This document shows positions 26,441 through 38,829 of a stretch of 64,000 nt of DNA, one piece after another (within the stretch, counting starts at the first letter, position 1; each line of letters begins with the position of its first letter). Location of the stretch: assembly GCA_951406725.2 (NCBI GenBank), contig OX597834.1, positions 5,456,001-5,520,000 of the forward strand. Reading direction: 5' to 3'. Source of the stretch: Octopus vulgaris. Taxonomy: Eukaryota. A program made the translations under genes and the position numbers. Under the pieces are notes generated by a model, which worked only from the letters and a program-made list of their open reading frames with translations, searched no databases and was not told where the DNA came from.

Positions 26441-26748
26441 GAAAATAATTTTTTCACTTGAAAATAATTTTTTTCTCTTATGAGGTTTTTCACGCTAACT
26501 ACCTGATAATTTCTTGTTAAGATTCCTTATTAAGAATTTATCCTTAATTGTTAAATTTATATATATATATAAATATACATGCATGTGGGTACATGTATAT
26601 GGCGTGGCTATGTGGGTAAGAAACTTACTTCACAACCACATAATTCGGAGTTCAATCCTACTGTGTGACGCTTTGGTCAAGTGTCTTCTACTATAGCCTT
26701 GGGCCATCCAAAACCTCGTCAGAGGATTTAGTTGACGGTAACAGAAAG

Positions 26749-27382
26749 AATTATGCAGATGACACTAGAGTTTCCATTGCTGCAATGACAATTGAGTGCA
26801 TACATTGTAAAGCAAGGAAATGGCCTGGAGAGACACCTGCACTGTGCTGCAGTGGTGGAAAGGTTAAACACCTTGCAGGCCCCAAACCTCCAGAGCCATT
26901 GAAGAAACTGCAGTCATCAACTGACCAAGATTCTAAGCACTTCCAAAACAAAATTAGACAATACAACGCTGCACTGCAGATGACATCATTTGGAGCCACA
27001 AGAGATTTAACTGAGCCAGGATTCATGCAAAATTTCAAGATCCAAAGTCAGATTTATCATCGGATTAGTTCTCTATTACCTCTGTCAAATAAATCCCCAA
27101 AATCGGCCTTCCATTGTTTATAATCTGAACCTGCTTTTTGGTTACTAAATAAGCTACACAAAACGTGTTTTTGAATTACGTGTATTTACTTGATATATGA
27201 GTTGAAAACTTTCTTTTAATGTTTCACTTAACGTCTATGTTCCATGCTTGCATGAGTTGGAGAGTTATTAATGTAGAAAGTTGGTATCTCAGCTACTAGC
27301 AGTTGAGACGTGCGTAATCTAGACGGAGATTTTAAATTTCATTTTTCTCTTTAATCCGAGCAACGCCGGGTATATCTGCTAA
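26749..27382 (+). mobile_element. Internally deleted Helitron with RepHel N-terminal coding fragment
   Basis: CIHCKA.KW.GE...CCSGGKV...HF...IRQYNAALQMTSFGA...FKIQ.QIYHRI.SLLP; 3' CCGAGCAACGCCGG...CTGCTAA. Confidence 0.85.
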
Positions 27383-27571
27383 TATATATATATATATATA
27401 TATATATTTGGGTAGTTGAATGAATTATCTTATTAAGGATAATTCGAAAGATAACCGATACCTGGGTAGCAAATTCACATCAGAAAGAACACGGTTGAAG
27501 TTACGTCCCTAGGGCATAGACTACGTGCTTTCGTGCGGAAATTTGTATGTGCATTTTGATGTCGACATAAG

Positions 27572-27670
27572 TTCCTTGCCTTTCCTGATGAGAAATCTGC
27601 ATAATGTACTCCTTATTCCTTCGGAATTAGGAATATGCAGCCTTCGAAACATATGTCGAAAATAAAGGAA
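27572..27670 (+). ncRNA. Type I hammerhead ribozyme with extended stems I and II
   Basis: UUCCUUGCCUUUC-CUGAUGA-G..CUGCAUA...UAUGCAG..C-GAAAC-AUAU-GUC-GAAAAUAAAGGAA. Confidence 0.85.
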
Positions 27671-27708
27671 ATTTGTTAACAAGTCGTTCAGCTCCATTAT
27701 TTCATAAA

Positions 27709-27786
<78 letters not shown>

Positions 27787-28094
27787 GAGAGAGAGAGAGA
27801 GAGAAGCAGATAGAAAGTTAGATCGATAAATATGCATATATCTGTATGTAAGTTTTTATACATGATGACAAACTTGAATGTACAGTTAGTTACAATGTAA
27901 TCTATACAAGAAGAGTTAATATGGAATAAAACTGAACCATTTCTAGTGTCATATTTTAGTGCAATTTTTTCATTCACAATTAATCATAAATAAATGTTAA
28001 CTAAATTTGCCAGTGAATAGACTGTGTACAAAATAATTTATGTCTGGATTAGAGTAATACAATAAGCCGTTATTAAAAGAAGAAGAAATTTAGT

Positions 28095-28504
28095 TACTCT
28101 TTACTCTTTTACTCTTTTACTTGTTTCAGTCATTTGACTGCGGCCATGCTGGAGCACCGCCTTTAATCGAGCAACTCGACCCCGGGACTTATTCTTTTGT
28201 AAGCCCAGTACTTATTCTATCGGTCTCATTTTGCCGAACCGCTAAGTGACGGGGACGTAAACACACCAGCATCGGTTATCAAGCAATGCTAGGGGGACAA
28301 ACACAACACACACGCGTATATATATATATATACATATATATACGACGGGCTTCTTTCAGTTTCCGTCTACCAAATCTACTCACAAGGCTTTGGTCGGCCC
28401 GAGGCTATAGTAGAAGACACTTACCCAAGGTGCCACGCAGTGGGACTGAACCCGGAACCATGCGGTTGGTAGACAAGCTACTTACCACACACCCACTCCT
28501 GCGC
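28095..28504 (-). mobile_element. SINE family A
   Basis: Full-length reverse complement. Confidence 0.9.
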
Positions 28505-28672
28505 GAATCTATGATTTTGTATTGCGTTGCACAAATGGATAAAACATTTCAAATGTGACAATGGATGCAGATGTAAATAACTGAACTAAGATTGTGGAAC
28601 AGATTTGACATACACAAAGCATGGATGTATTTAGTAGTCATTTCTAGGCTGACTGTAGTTGAGTCGGTGTGT

Positions 28673-29083
28673 AGGCGCAGGAGTGGCTGTGTGGTAAGTA
28701 GCTTGTTTACCAACCACATGGTTCCGGGTTCAGTCCCTCTCCGTGGCACCTTGGGCAAGTGTCTTCTGCTATAGCTTCGGGCCGACCAGAGCCTTGTGAG
28801 TGGATTTGGTTGACGGAAACTGAAAGAAGCCCGTCGTATATATGTACATATATATATATGCGTGTGTGTGTTTGTGTGTCTGTGTTTGTCCCCCTAGCAT
28901 TGCTTGACAACCGATGCTGGTGTGTTTATGTCCCCGTCACTTAGCGGTTCGGCAAAAGAGACCGATAGAATAAGTACTAGGCTTACAAAAGAATAAGTCC
29001 CGGGGTCGAGTTGCTCGATTAAAGGTGGTGCTCCAGCATGGCCGCAGTCAAATGACTGAAACAAGTAAAAGAGTAAAAGAGTA
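28673..29083 (+). mobile_element. SINE family A
   Basis: Full length. Confidence 0.9.
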
Positions 29084-29259
29084 TTATCTAAGTAAAATGC
29101 TATAGACATGCGCTGGTTGAAAAAAAAAAACAACCTCGTGTTTAAAATAAATATCAACTCCAGTACTAGATACATTTAAAGAAGATTGTTTTAATATTGC
29201 ATCATATGTCTACTGAAGCTTCTAACCTTTAATTATGGGGTGGGGGGATTATCACAGTA

Positions 29260-29404
29260 AACAAGAAAATTGCTTCCTAGCCATTGGAATCCAGGTTCAG
29301 TCCCACTGCGTGACGTCTTGGACTAATTAACGTCTTCTAGTTTCGCTTCCGGCCAACCAAAGCCTTGTGAGTAGATTTGGTAGATGGAAACTGAAAGAAA
29401 CCTA

Positions 29405-29446
<42 letters not shown>

Positions 29447-29630
29447 GTGTCTGTATTTGTCCTCAACACTGCTTGACAACCGGTGTTGGTGTTTACTCTC
29501 CCGTAACTAAGCGGTGCAGCAAAAGTAACTGATAGAATAAGTACCAGGCTGAAAAGAAAAAATAAAGTACTGGGTTCAATTCATTTGACTAAAAATTCTT
29601 CAAGGCGGTGCCCCAGCATGGACGCAATCT
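29260..29630 (+). mobile_element. Diverged SINE family A
   Basis: Recognisable body with (TG)n. Confidence 0.7.
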
Positions 29631-29872
29631 AAGGAATATAATAAGAGAACTAAAGGAATATAAAACTAAAGGAATATAAAAGAGAACTAAATTTAAATAT
29701 CTAAAACAGGATAGTCATGTTGGGAACGTATTTAACCATTGGTAAAAACGAGGTTAAACAACTACAACATAAAAATTCTGTCAGGACAAGCTCTGCCACT
29801 TTTCCACAATCTAGAGATGGCAGACATCTTGACACTGTAATATTTCCCTTTCGAAAACATATATAATATACC

Positions 29873-30831
29873 TCATGCTTTCTTTGACTTGTAGGCTAAT
29901 GAAGGTTTAGACATTTGAAAGACAACAACACTAACGCTGTTTGTAAATTATGTGGCAAGATATAATAAATCCCACGAGTTTAACCTTTTGGTAAATTAAG
30001 GCTTAAACTTCAACGGACATATTTAAATTATGGCTGTTCTCAAGTGTTATTACTTAAGGGATGAGCCAATACATATTGTTCAAATTTGATGAGATTTTCA
30101 AACGAGGAGTAGAATAGTGATTAAATAATAATCATATGATTAGATCAGTTCATAGAGCCAGATCAGGTTCAATAAGCAAGGATAATTTATATTTAATGTT
30201 GCCAATGGCTGATACACCACATCTCATTATTTAACACTTGTTGACAGAAGTAGAATATGTTTCATTGTCATGGATGATACGGTCTAAAATATAGATGTAC
30301 AGTCTTAATTTGCCAAAGGTTAAACTCCTGGGATTTATTATATCTTGCCACATAATTTACAAACAGCGTTAGTGTTGTTGTCTTTCAAATGTCTAAACCT
30401 TCATTAGCCTGGATGGAAGCACTCAGTCGGTTCCGACGACGAGGGTTCCGGTTGATCCGATCAACGGAACAGCCTGCTCGTGGAATTAACGTGCAAGTGG
30501 CTGAGCACTCTACAGACACGTGTACCCTTAACGTAGTTCTCGGGGATATTCAGCATGACACAGAGAGTGACAAGGCCGGCCCTTTGAAATACAGGTACAA
30601 CAGGAACAGGAAGTAAGAGAGAGAGAGAGAGTTGTGGTGAAAAAGTACAGCAGGGATCACCACCATCCCCTGCCGGAGCCTCGTGGAGCTTTAGGTGTTT
30701 TCGCTCAATAAACACTCACAACGCCCGGTCTGGGAATCGAAACCGCGATCCTACGACCGCGAGTCCGCTGCCCTAACCACTGGGCCATTGCGCCTCCACC
30801 TTCATTAGTCTACAAGTCAAAGAAATCATGA
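29873..30831. mobile_element. Foldback/MITE-like element with ~130-bp inverted arms, right arm split by a SINE
   Basis: 29873-30003 is the reverse complement of 30301-30410 plus 30812-30831. Confidence 0.75.
30411..30797 (-). mobile_element. SINE family C, tail type 1, with 14-bp TSD
   Basis: ACCTTCATTAG(C/T)CT at 30397-30410 and 30798-30811. Confidence 0.92.
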
Positions 30832-32002
30832 TATGTTTGAGGAATTATTTTAACTGGAAAAGAACCAAAGCAAAGATTTTGAGAGTGTCACATTTGGTTC
30901 TTGAATATAGGCATTAAATATATACCCCCCAAGACCAAAGTGCAATGTAAAAAGCATTGCTGTTGGTGCCGGTGTTACGACAAGAGAACTAGTGATGGTG
31001 CTACGTAAAAATACCACCAACTGCACTCTGTAAAGTTGTTGGCGCATTCAACTGTAAATATTAAGCCAAAACAGATGTAATCTAGTGCGGTTCCTGGTCT
31101 CACCGGCTCCTGCCAAGCCGTCCCAACCATGCCAGAATAGGAAACTGGTGTTAAATGATAGTGATGATCTATTATTCATTAATTTTTCTGTCAAGTGTAT
31201 AATGTTGAAGTGACGAATTAGGCACTGCATTTTGAACAATTTACTTATATACAGAAGTCCATAAAAATTTACTAAATCTGTCATTAAGTTTATGAATTAA
31301 CTCCATGATAACGGTGTTTTATCAGGCAACTAGGTTGTACCGACGGTAATCATCTCGGCTGAGATCAGCAATTAGCGCACGACAACGGTTCGGCATATAT
31401 TTACATCAACCACTTTAAAGAATGCACTGTTTATTTATGTAAACTGCCATCACTGAACAGAACACTCCAGCGGTATTAGTGCGGCAATAAGATCACTCGA
31501 CAGCGTCAGACAGACAAATAGATAGCGAATACTGACTTAACAAAACATCAAACATAAAAAAGTAGCTGTGTTATGGTAAATCTAAAAACCGGCTGTAATA
31601 CATATGATAATCTGTGCGTATGTATCTTGTTTCCTTGCAGCGACTGCGCTGCGCACAAGGCACATAATTTTGACGCGTTCTTCTATTTTTTCAGTTGCAG
31701 GAACTGAAATGAGGAAATGTCCAAGTCCCTAGATGGTCCGGTATGGGGAAAGCCCGGTGTGTGGATGGCCCCTGATCGGCATGGTGTAAAATCCGCAACT
31801 TCTACTGTATTTTGGTGTAGATGGACGTGACGAGAAACGCGACGAGGACCGTAAATTCAACGAAGCTGGTGCACAAGGACGCGATGAGCTTGGTGTCAAA
31901 AGGGCTGAGAGTTTCAAACGCTGACGCTTATTAAATGCAAGAAACTCTCATCCCTTGAGTCACACTGTTGCTTCTGCTGAATATTAATAAATATATATAT
32001 AA

Positions 32003-32312
32003 GTGGAGGCGCAATGGACCAGTAGTTAGGGCAGCGGACTCGCGGTCGAAGGATCGCGGTTTCGATTCCCAGACTGGGTGTTGTGAGTGTTTATTGAGCG
32101 AAAATACTTAAAAGCTCCACGAGACTCCGGCAGGGGGTGGTGGTGATCCCTGCTGTACTCTTTCACCACTCTTTCACCCAATCTTTCTTCTGTTGGCTTG
32201 CTCGCTTAGCCAGCGGGGTGGCGTCATTCGAAGGCTAAAACAATGCGAACGCATTGTGACCAGCGATGTGTAACAACATTTGATGGTCTGGTCGGTCACG
32301 TGATCACACGAT
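32003..32312 (+). mobile_element. SINE family C, tail type 3
   Basis: Same head as 30411-30797 but an unrelated 3' half ending GGTCACGTGATCACACGAT. Confidence 0.8.
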
Positions 32313-32365
32313 ATATATGCACAAATTTTGAATTCTATTTCTCATAATTGTATCACGTCCATACC

Positions 32366-32425
<60 letters not shown>

Positions 32426-32485
32426 TAAAAACGGTAAGATAACAAAAGAAAGAAAGAGACCTCGATATTATGAATAGAGGAAATT

Positions 32486-32697
32486 TATCTGCAAATGTAA
32501 TATGTGACAATTATTCGGTAGCCAAGATAAAACTCCGAGTTTTGGATGCCGAGGTGGAAATCCACACCACCATCTCTTCAGTTATCTGATGGCCGGATAA
32601 CTGAAGAGATGGTGGTGTGGATTTCCATCCTCAGCATCCGAAACTCAGAGTTTTATCTTGGCTACCGAATAATTGTCACATATTACATTTGCAGATA
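32486..32697. repeat. Inverted duplication (~100-bp arms, 9-bp spacer) of a hammerhead-bearing pLTR-like module
   Basis: 32486-32586 is the reverse complement of 32596-32697; flanked by (TA)n. Confidence 0.9.
32596..32662 (+). ncRNA. Type I hammerhead motif
   Basis: GAUAA-CUGAAGA-GAUG...CAUC-C-GAAAC-UCAGA-GUU-UUAUC. Confidence 0.8.
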
Positions 32698-33589
32698 TAT
32701 ATATATATACAAACATATATATATACATATATATACATATATACATATATATGTATATGTATATATAAATATATATATATATATTTATATACAAAATTAA
32801 GGGGAGTGACCACCACAGGGGATAAAAGAACCAAATGGGATTTTAAAATCCAGGCAGATATCAATAAACACTCAGTTTTAAATGAATTTGGTCAATGACA
32901 TGAAACAATCAGACTTCAATAAATGCAAGTAAAATAAAACATCGAAGGTAATTCCTCGTGTATGACAACTAGATCTAAACATCACTTAGATGAATTTTGA
33001 GAAATTCGGAGTATTCGACAACAAAAATACATATAGAGACAATCACATTTTTAATTGTAGAATTCATTATACAGAGCTGTTGATCATTTCTGTTGTATGA
33101 ACATATTTAGATACAGATAATACCATGGAAATTAATATTTCTGAAAATACATTTTAACACAATGTTTTCTGGATGATCCAAAATTAGTTGAATTGGAAGC
33201 AAACCTAGAAAATATTTCCAATACACTAATGCATACGAAAGAATATTAAGAAGCAATATAACCTAAGAAAAGCTATTTCTGTGTTCAGCTGGTGGTGACG
33301 TCAGTGGATAAGGAAAAAATAAAACGCAAAGATATGAATTTTATTTTATGACAATTAGAAACATAAAGGTTCTATGTCATGACAAATAGTTAACTGTGTA
33401 TTAAATATAGTAAACGTTTTCGAAAAAAAATTATGCTTATTATGTAATATAAGTAAAGCAACTTTAATAAAGAAGAGAAATATTTAAATGCTTTGCACAT
33501 TTCGTTCTAAACTTACCTTTAAAATTTAATAACATTCATTTATATTTTTCCCTAAATCACTCATTTACACTTTCATGAAGCCAATTCTT

Positions 33590-34960
33590 AACTTTCCCAC
33601 TAAATTCCTTGTCATCTCAATCACTGGCTCATCCATTGACTCACCAAGTGATTCTCTCCCACTGACTCTCAATCTCACTCAGTCACATACTTACTAACTC
33701 CCACACTCACTCAGTAACTCAGAAAATCTCTTACACATACACCCACTAACTCTATCTCTTTCTCTCTAATTCACCGACTCACTCACTAAATCATTCACTA
33801 ACACTTTTACAAACTCTCACTAATTCTTTCAAAAAATATCTCACTATAGGCGTAGGAGTGGCTGTGTGGTAAGTAGCTTGCTTACGAACCACATGGTTCC
33901 GGGTTCAGTCCCACTGCGTGGTATCTTGTGCAAGTGTCTTCTACTATAGACTAGGGCCGACCAAAGCTTTGTGGGTGGGTTTGGTAGACGGAAACTGAAA
34001 GAAGCCCGTCGTGTATATGTATATATTTATATATATGTATGTGTATGTGTATATGTTTGTGTGTCTGTGTTTGCTCCCCCAACATCGCTTGGCAACCGAT
34101 GCTGGTGTGTTTACGTCCCCGTAACCTAGCGGTACGGCAAAAGAGACCGACAGAATAAGTACTAGGCTTAAAAAGAATAAGTCCTGGGGTCGATTTGCTC
34201 GACTAAAAAAGGTGGTGCTCCAGCATGGCCACAGTCAAATGACTGAAACAAGTAAAAGAGTAAAAGAGTACCTCAATCAAAAATCTCCCGCAAAATCACT
34301 CACAAACTTTTTCACTATCATACTCACCATTTCCCTCACTAAACCTCTCACCTACTCATTCACTAAATCTTTAACTAAGTCACTCACCGACTCTCTCACC
34401 AACTCTCTCACTAAATCACTTATGTAACCTGATGTTAACACACTAATTCTCTTACTGGTTTTATCAATACCGCTCTCAATAACTCACTCGTTAAATTTCT
34501 CACTAATTCTCTCACTAACTAACTCACTAAATCATTCACTAATTCTATCACTAACTCTATCAGTAAATCTCTCAATAACTGACTCACTCACTAATTCACT
34601 CACTAAATTACATACTAACTTACTCCCTAAATCCCTCACACAAAATCTCTTACCAACTCACGCACTAGCTCTCTCAATAACTCACTAAATCTCTCACTAA
34701 CTTATTCAGTAACTTTTAATTAACTCACTCAATAACTCACAATTAATCACCCACACATCTCTCACTTAATCACTCACAAGATCTATCACTAGTGCCCTCA
34801 CTAATTCCTTCATTAACTCTTTCATTGACTCACTCATTAAATCTCTAAGTACCTCAAATACCAATTCTCTCAGACTGCTTACTAACTGACTCATTACATC
34901 TCTCACAAACTCACTGAATCGCAAACTCTCTCACTCACTCACTAACCTCACTAACTCGCA
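33590..34960. repeat. Degenerate CTCACTAA/CACT low-complexity satellite, interrupted by a family A SINE
   Basis: Strongly G-depleted plus strand with recurring CTCACTAA(C/A/T)T. Confidence 0.8.
33848..34270 (+). mobile_element. SINE family A
   Basis: Full length. Confidence 0.9.
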
Positions 34961-35190
34961 CTATTTCTTTACTACCCACAAGGGGCTAAACACAGAGGAG
35001 ACAAACAAGGACAGACAGACGGATTAAGTCGATTATATCGACCCAGTGCGTAACTGGTTCTTAATTTATCGACCCCGAATGGATGAAAGGCAAAGTCGCC
35101 CTCGGCGGAATTTGAACTCAGAACGTAGCGGCAGACGAAATACTGCTAAGCATTTCGCCCGGCGTACTAACGATTCTGCCAGCTCGCCTT
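34960..35190 (-). mobile_element. SINE family B monomer
   Basis: Reverse complement of family B. Confidence 0.88.
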
Positions 35191-35553
35191 ATCTAACTAA
35201 ATGCCTGCCTGAGTAACTTTCTGCTAGTACCGTGGCGTAAACGATACAGTAACTATGCATGGGTGGTCTTTTAGGTTTGCCTCACGATTTATTCAACCTG
35301 TTGGCATAATTGCCTTCTGCCTGATTGTTTAGAGACCATTACTACTTGCAAAACTGTTAGCACGCAGGGCAAAATGCTTTGAGGCATTTCGTCCGTTTTT
35401 ACGTTCTGAGTTCAAATTCTACCGAGGTCGACTTTGCCTTCCATCCTTTCGAGGTGGATAAAATAAGTACCAGTGGAGCACTGGGGGCGATGTAATTGTC
35501 TTAGCCCCTTCTCAAAACTGCTGGCTTGTGCCAAAAGTTAAAACCATTATTAT

Positions 35554-35961
35554 CAGGAGTGGCTGTGTGGTAAGTAGCTTGTTTACCAACCACATGGTTC
35601 CGGGTTCAGTCCAACTGCGTGGCACTTTGGGCAAGTGTCTTCTACTATAGCCTCGGGCCAACCAAAGCCTTGTGAGTGGATTTGGTAGACGGAAACTGAA
35701 AGAAGCCCGTCGTATATATGTATATATATATATGCGTGTGTGTGTTTGTGTGTCTGTGTTTGTCCCCCTAGCATTGCTTGACAACCGATGCTGCTGTGTT
35801 TATGTCCCCGTCTCTTAGTGGTTCGGCAAAAAGAGACCGATAGAATAAGTACTGGGCTTACAAAAAGAATAAGTACCGGGGTCGATTTGCTCGACTAAAG
35901 GCGGTGCTCCAGCATGGCCACAGTCAAATGACTGAAACAAGTAAAAGAGAGTAAAAGAGTA
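35554..35961 (+). mobile_element. SINE family A, preceded by an old family-B-like copy at about 35350-35550
   Basis: Full body and tail. Confidence 0.9.
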
Positions 35962-36910
35962 TGTTCATATGACTTGTCGAGATTAAAAACAAAATGGAGA
36001 ATATAAAACCACGTGAATTTCGTTTAGATTTCCTGTAGTATACTTTTATGATTCTATGTGCAGGTGTGTCTTTCGTTATTCGATTGAGTGTTCAGTTCTT
36101 ACGTTGCTATGTATTCGTGTTTCTGTGCATCGTGTCTCTACATGTGTGAATGGGACGGTGTGGGTATGAGAGTGTGCGTGGAGGGGAGGCATCGTTATTA
36201 AGTTATTTGTTGAAATTTCCAAAAACAACGTCGAGTGTTAATAAAATAGATTAAATAAAGCTTCATATAAAGACCTGTGTTTAAAATTTCTCACGAGATA
36301 TATTTTATGTGTTGTTGATAATTGTATTAAGCCTATTTTATATGTTTTTTATATGCATATATAAACATATATATATATATATACACACATATATATATAT
36401 ATATACATGTGTGTGCGTGTGTGTTTGTGTGTGTACGTATCTTTGCAAGTAGCATTTTGTGTATGAAGGTGTGTATGAAGGCGTGCGCGTGTGTGCACGT
36501 ATGTATCTGTGGATGTTAGTGTATTTAATAATTTAGAATCTGGGATTTTGGATTTTTTAAAAGTATAAGAGAAAATTGAAGAAAAATTATTTTCAATAGA
36601 ATTTTAAAGTTTCTTCAAATATTTAGATTATATAGTATATCTGTGTAATTCTATTTAATATATACACCAGCCTAGTTTTGATGAGTTAGTGTTTGATTGA
36701 ATCTATACGTTCCTTAGAGTATGAGTTGTGTGTTTGTACAAGTGTCGGTATGTGGGCATTTGTGCTTTTGCATGCAGGGGCAAATGATTATGTAAGTGTA
36801 TAAATGTGAAAGTATAGATGCGTATGTTTTGTGTCTGAATGTGTGATGCGTGTACCTCATTATCTATGTTTGGATTTCTGGTTCGTCAGAAAATATAGGA
36901 CATGTAGTGA

Positions 36911-36995
36911 CGCCATTTTGGGAGTCTTCAGCGCACACGTGCAGAGTTGAATTTCTTCCGGTAGGCTGCCGGAAGTTCCCTCATGCGCATGCGCA
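36911..36995. promoter_or_regulatory. Cluster of YY1, E-box, paired ETS and NRF1/Ewg motifs
   Basis: CGCCATTTT 36911, CACGTG 36936, CTTCCGG 36955, CCGGAAGT 36969, TGCGCATGCGCA 36984. Confidence 0.5.
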
Positions 36996-37272
36996 GAAAA
37001 CTACCAACACCAGCCGTCCAAGAATTTGGACCTGGAGATCTCCATTTACAACGACTTCAAGGGCCACCTCCCAGTGGTGTCGGGTCAACGAAGACTACAA
37101 GACGACCAAAGTTTTTTTTTCCAAGGTCTGGTGTCTCCTGCCCCTAAGTCCTAGACCATCACCTAATCACCCTTACCCGTCTTGTTGCTTAACAACAATA
37201 ACAACAGCCCAAGGGTTAAACTTCAACAGACATTTTCCTTACTTGTCATACTATTTACAGTTTTACTCTTTC

Positions 37273-37695
37273 GGATCTTTTCGGTTTGAAAGGCAGTTTT
37301 TTCTAGCGGTGTCATATGAAATTGTCACCCATAAATATGACCCTAGTATCGATCTATTGCATTTCAATCTGTTTAGGGTTAGGGTTAGTTAGGGTTAGGG
37401 TTAGGGAAGTGTATATTTTTTTCTTCACAAATGTAAATAAACCCAATCTGTTTCTTAAACGAGGGACATATTCATACGGCACATAATGTTTTAACCTCAA
37501 TAGACGTCATTGATTGGTTGAAATTGCAGAAATTGAAGAAAGAAAGCAACAAATATCTTACAAACTATAGAATTTTCCCAATAAAGCAAAGAGAAAAAGA
37601 TGTTTTATAAACACATTCCACCACTATACGAAGTTTAAATTTTTTTAGTTACATAGAAATTATGTTAAAAACTGCCGTTCAAACCGAAAAGATCC
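37273..37695. mobile_element. MITE with ~28-bp TIRs, 8-bp TSD and internal TTAGGG repeats
   Basis: GGATCTTTTCGGTTTGAAAGGCAGTTTT / AAAACTGCCGTTCAAACCGAAAAGATCC; TSD ACTCTTTC at 37265-37272 and 37696-37703. Confidence 0.92.
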
Positions 37696-38058
37696 ACTCT
37701 TTCTATTAATCGAACATCTTTTCATATTAATGCCACACAATAAACTATGTTCAAATGCTTATGCAGTGTTGTGAAATTACTAGACGAAATTTTCTGTTAA
37801 CTAGGTTTTACATGTGAACAACACGCAGCCTAAACAATATCCACATACCCATCAGTCACAGTGACAGCAAATGATAGCAGTACAAAGTTTTAGATTTATG
37901 GTTCAATGGCGAATTTTTACGGAAATTTTTGAAGCCATGTAAATTGCAAAGAATTTAAAGAGATAACGTACATGATCGTCTTATTTATTAGACTGTGTGC
38001 GTGTTTTGTAGATATGTCTGTAAGTGTATGTGAGCGTGTGTGTTATATCTTTATACCC

Positions 38059-38469
38059 TTTACTCTTTTACTCTTCTACTTGTTTCAGTCATTTGACTGC
38101 GGCCATGCTGGAGCACCGCCTTTAATCGAGCAACTCGACCCCGGGACTTATTCTTTGTAAGCCCAGTACTTATTCTATCGGTCCATTTTGCCCAACCGCT
38201 AAGTAACGGGGACATAAACACACCAGCATCGGTTGTCAATCAATGCTAGGGGGACAAACACAGACACACAAGCACACACACGCATATATATATATATACA
38301 TATATACGACGGGCTTCTTTCAGTTTCCGTCTACCAGATCCACTCACAAGGCCTTGATCGGCCCGGGGCTATAGTAGATGACACTTGCTCAAGGTGCCAG
38401 GCAGTGGGACTGAACCCGGAACCATGTGGTTGGTAAACAAGCTACTTACCACACAGCCGCTCCTGCGCC
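38059..38469 (-). mobile_element. SINE family A
   Basis: Full-length reverse complement. Confidence 0.9.
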
Positions 38470-38829
38470 GGTGGAGTGTTTTGTGGAGTTTTAGAAAATA
38501 TGATGGATACCAAATTAGCGATTCACATATAATAGTGGTTTTTTTTTTAGGGATGTAGGGAGCAGGTAAATAAAATAATGAATAAATTTGCTTGAAACAT
38601 TTGGTTTCGTGTAATACACATAGCTGAAATGCATTACGCTGTCACGGGATTAGTTAAAGAGAAAGGCGAAGAGCGAGAGAGGAGTTTTAAGGAGACCGTA
38701 ATAGTTTTTACGGGGTTAAAAACTCAGTTGAAGGAAGTGATATAGAGCAAGTGGCTCAGAAATAGAATGCTTAAAGAGGGGCGATGTTCTGGTGGGGTTT
38801 TTTAAAATCTGTTATTCGAACTTTGTATT

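Noticed and set aside
30725-30797. Functional tRNA gene
   Set aside because: The tRNA-like head continues into a SINE body bounded by a TSD.
36850-37392. 180-aa ORF
   Set aside because: It runs across the MITE boundary, starts at GTG and has no recognisable domain.
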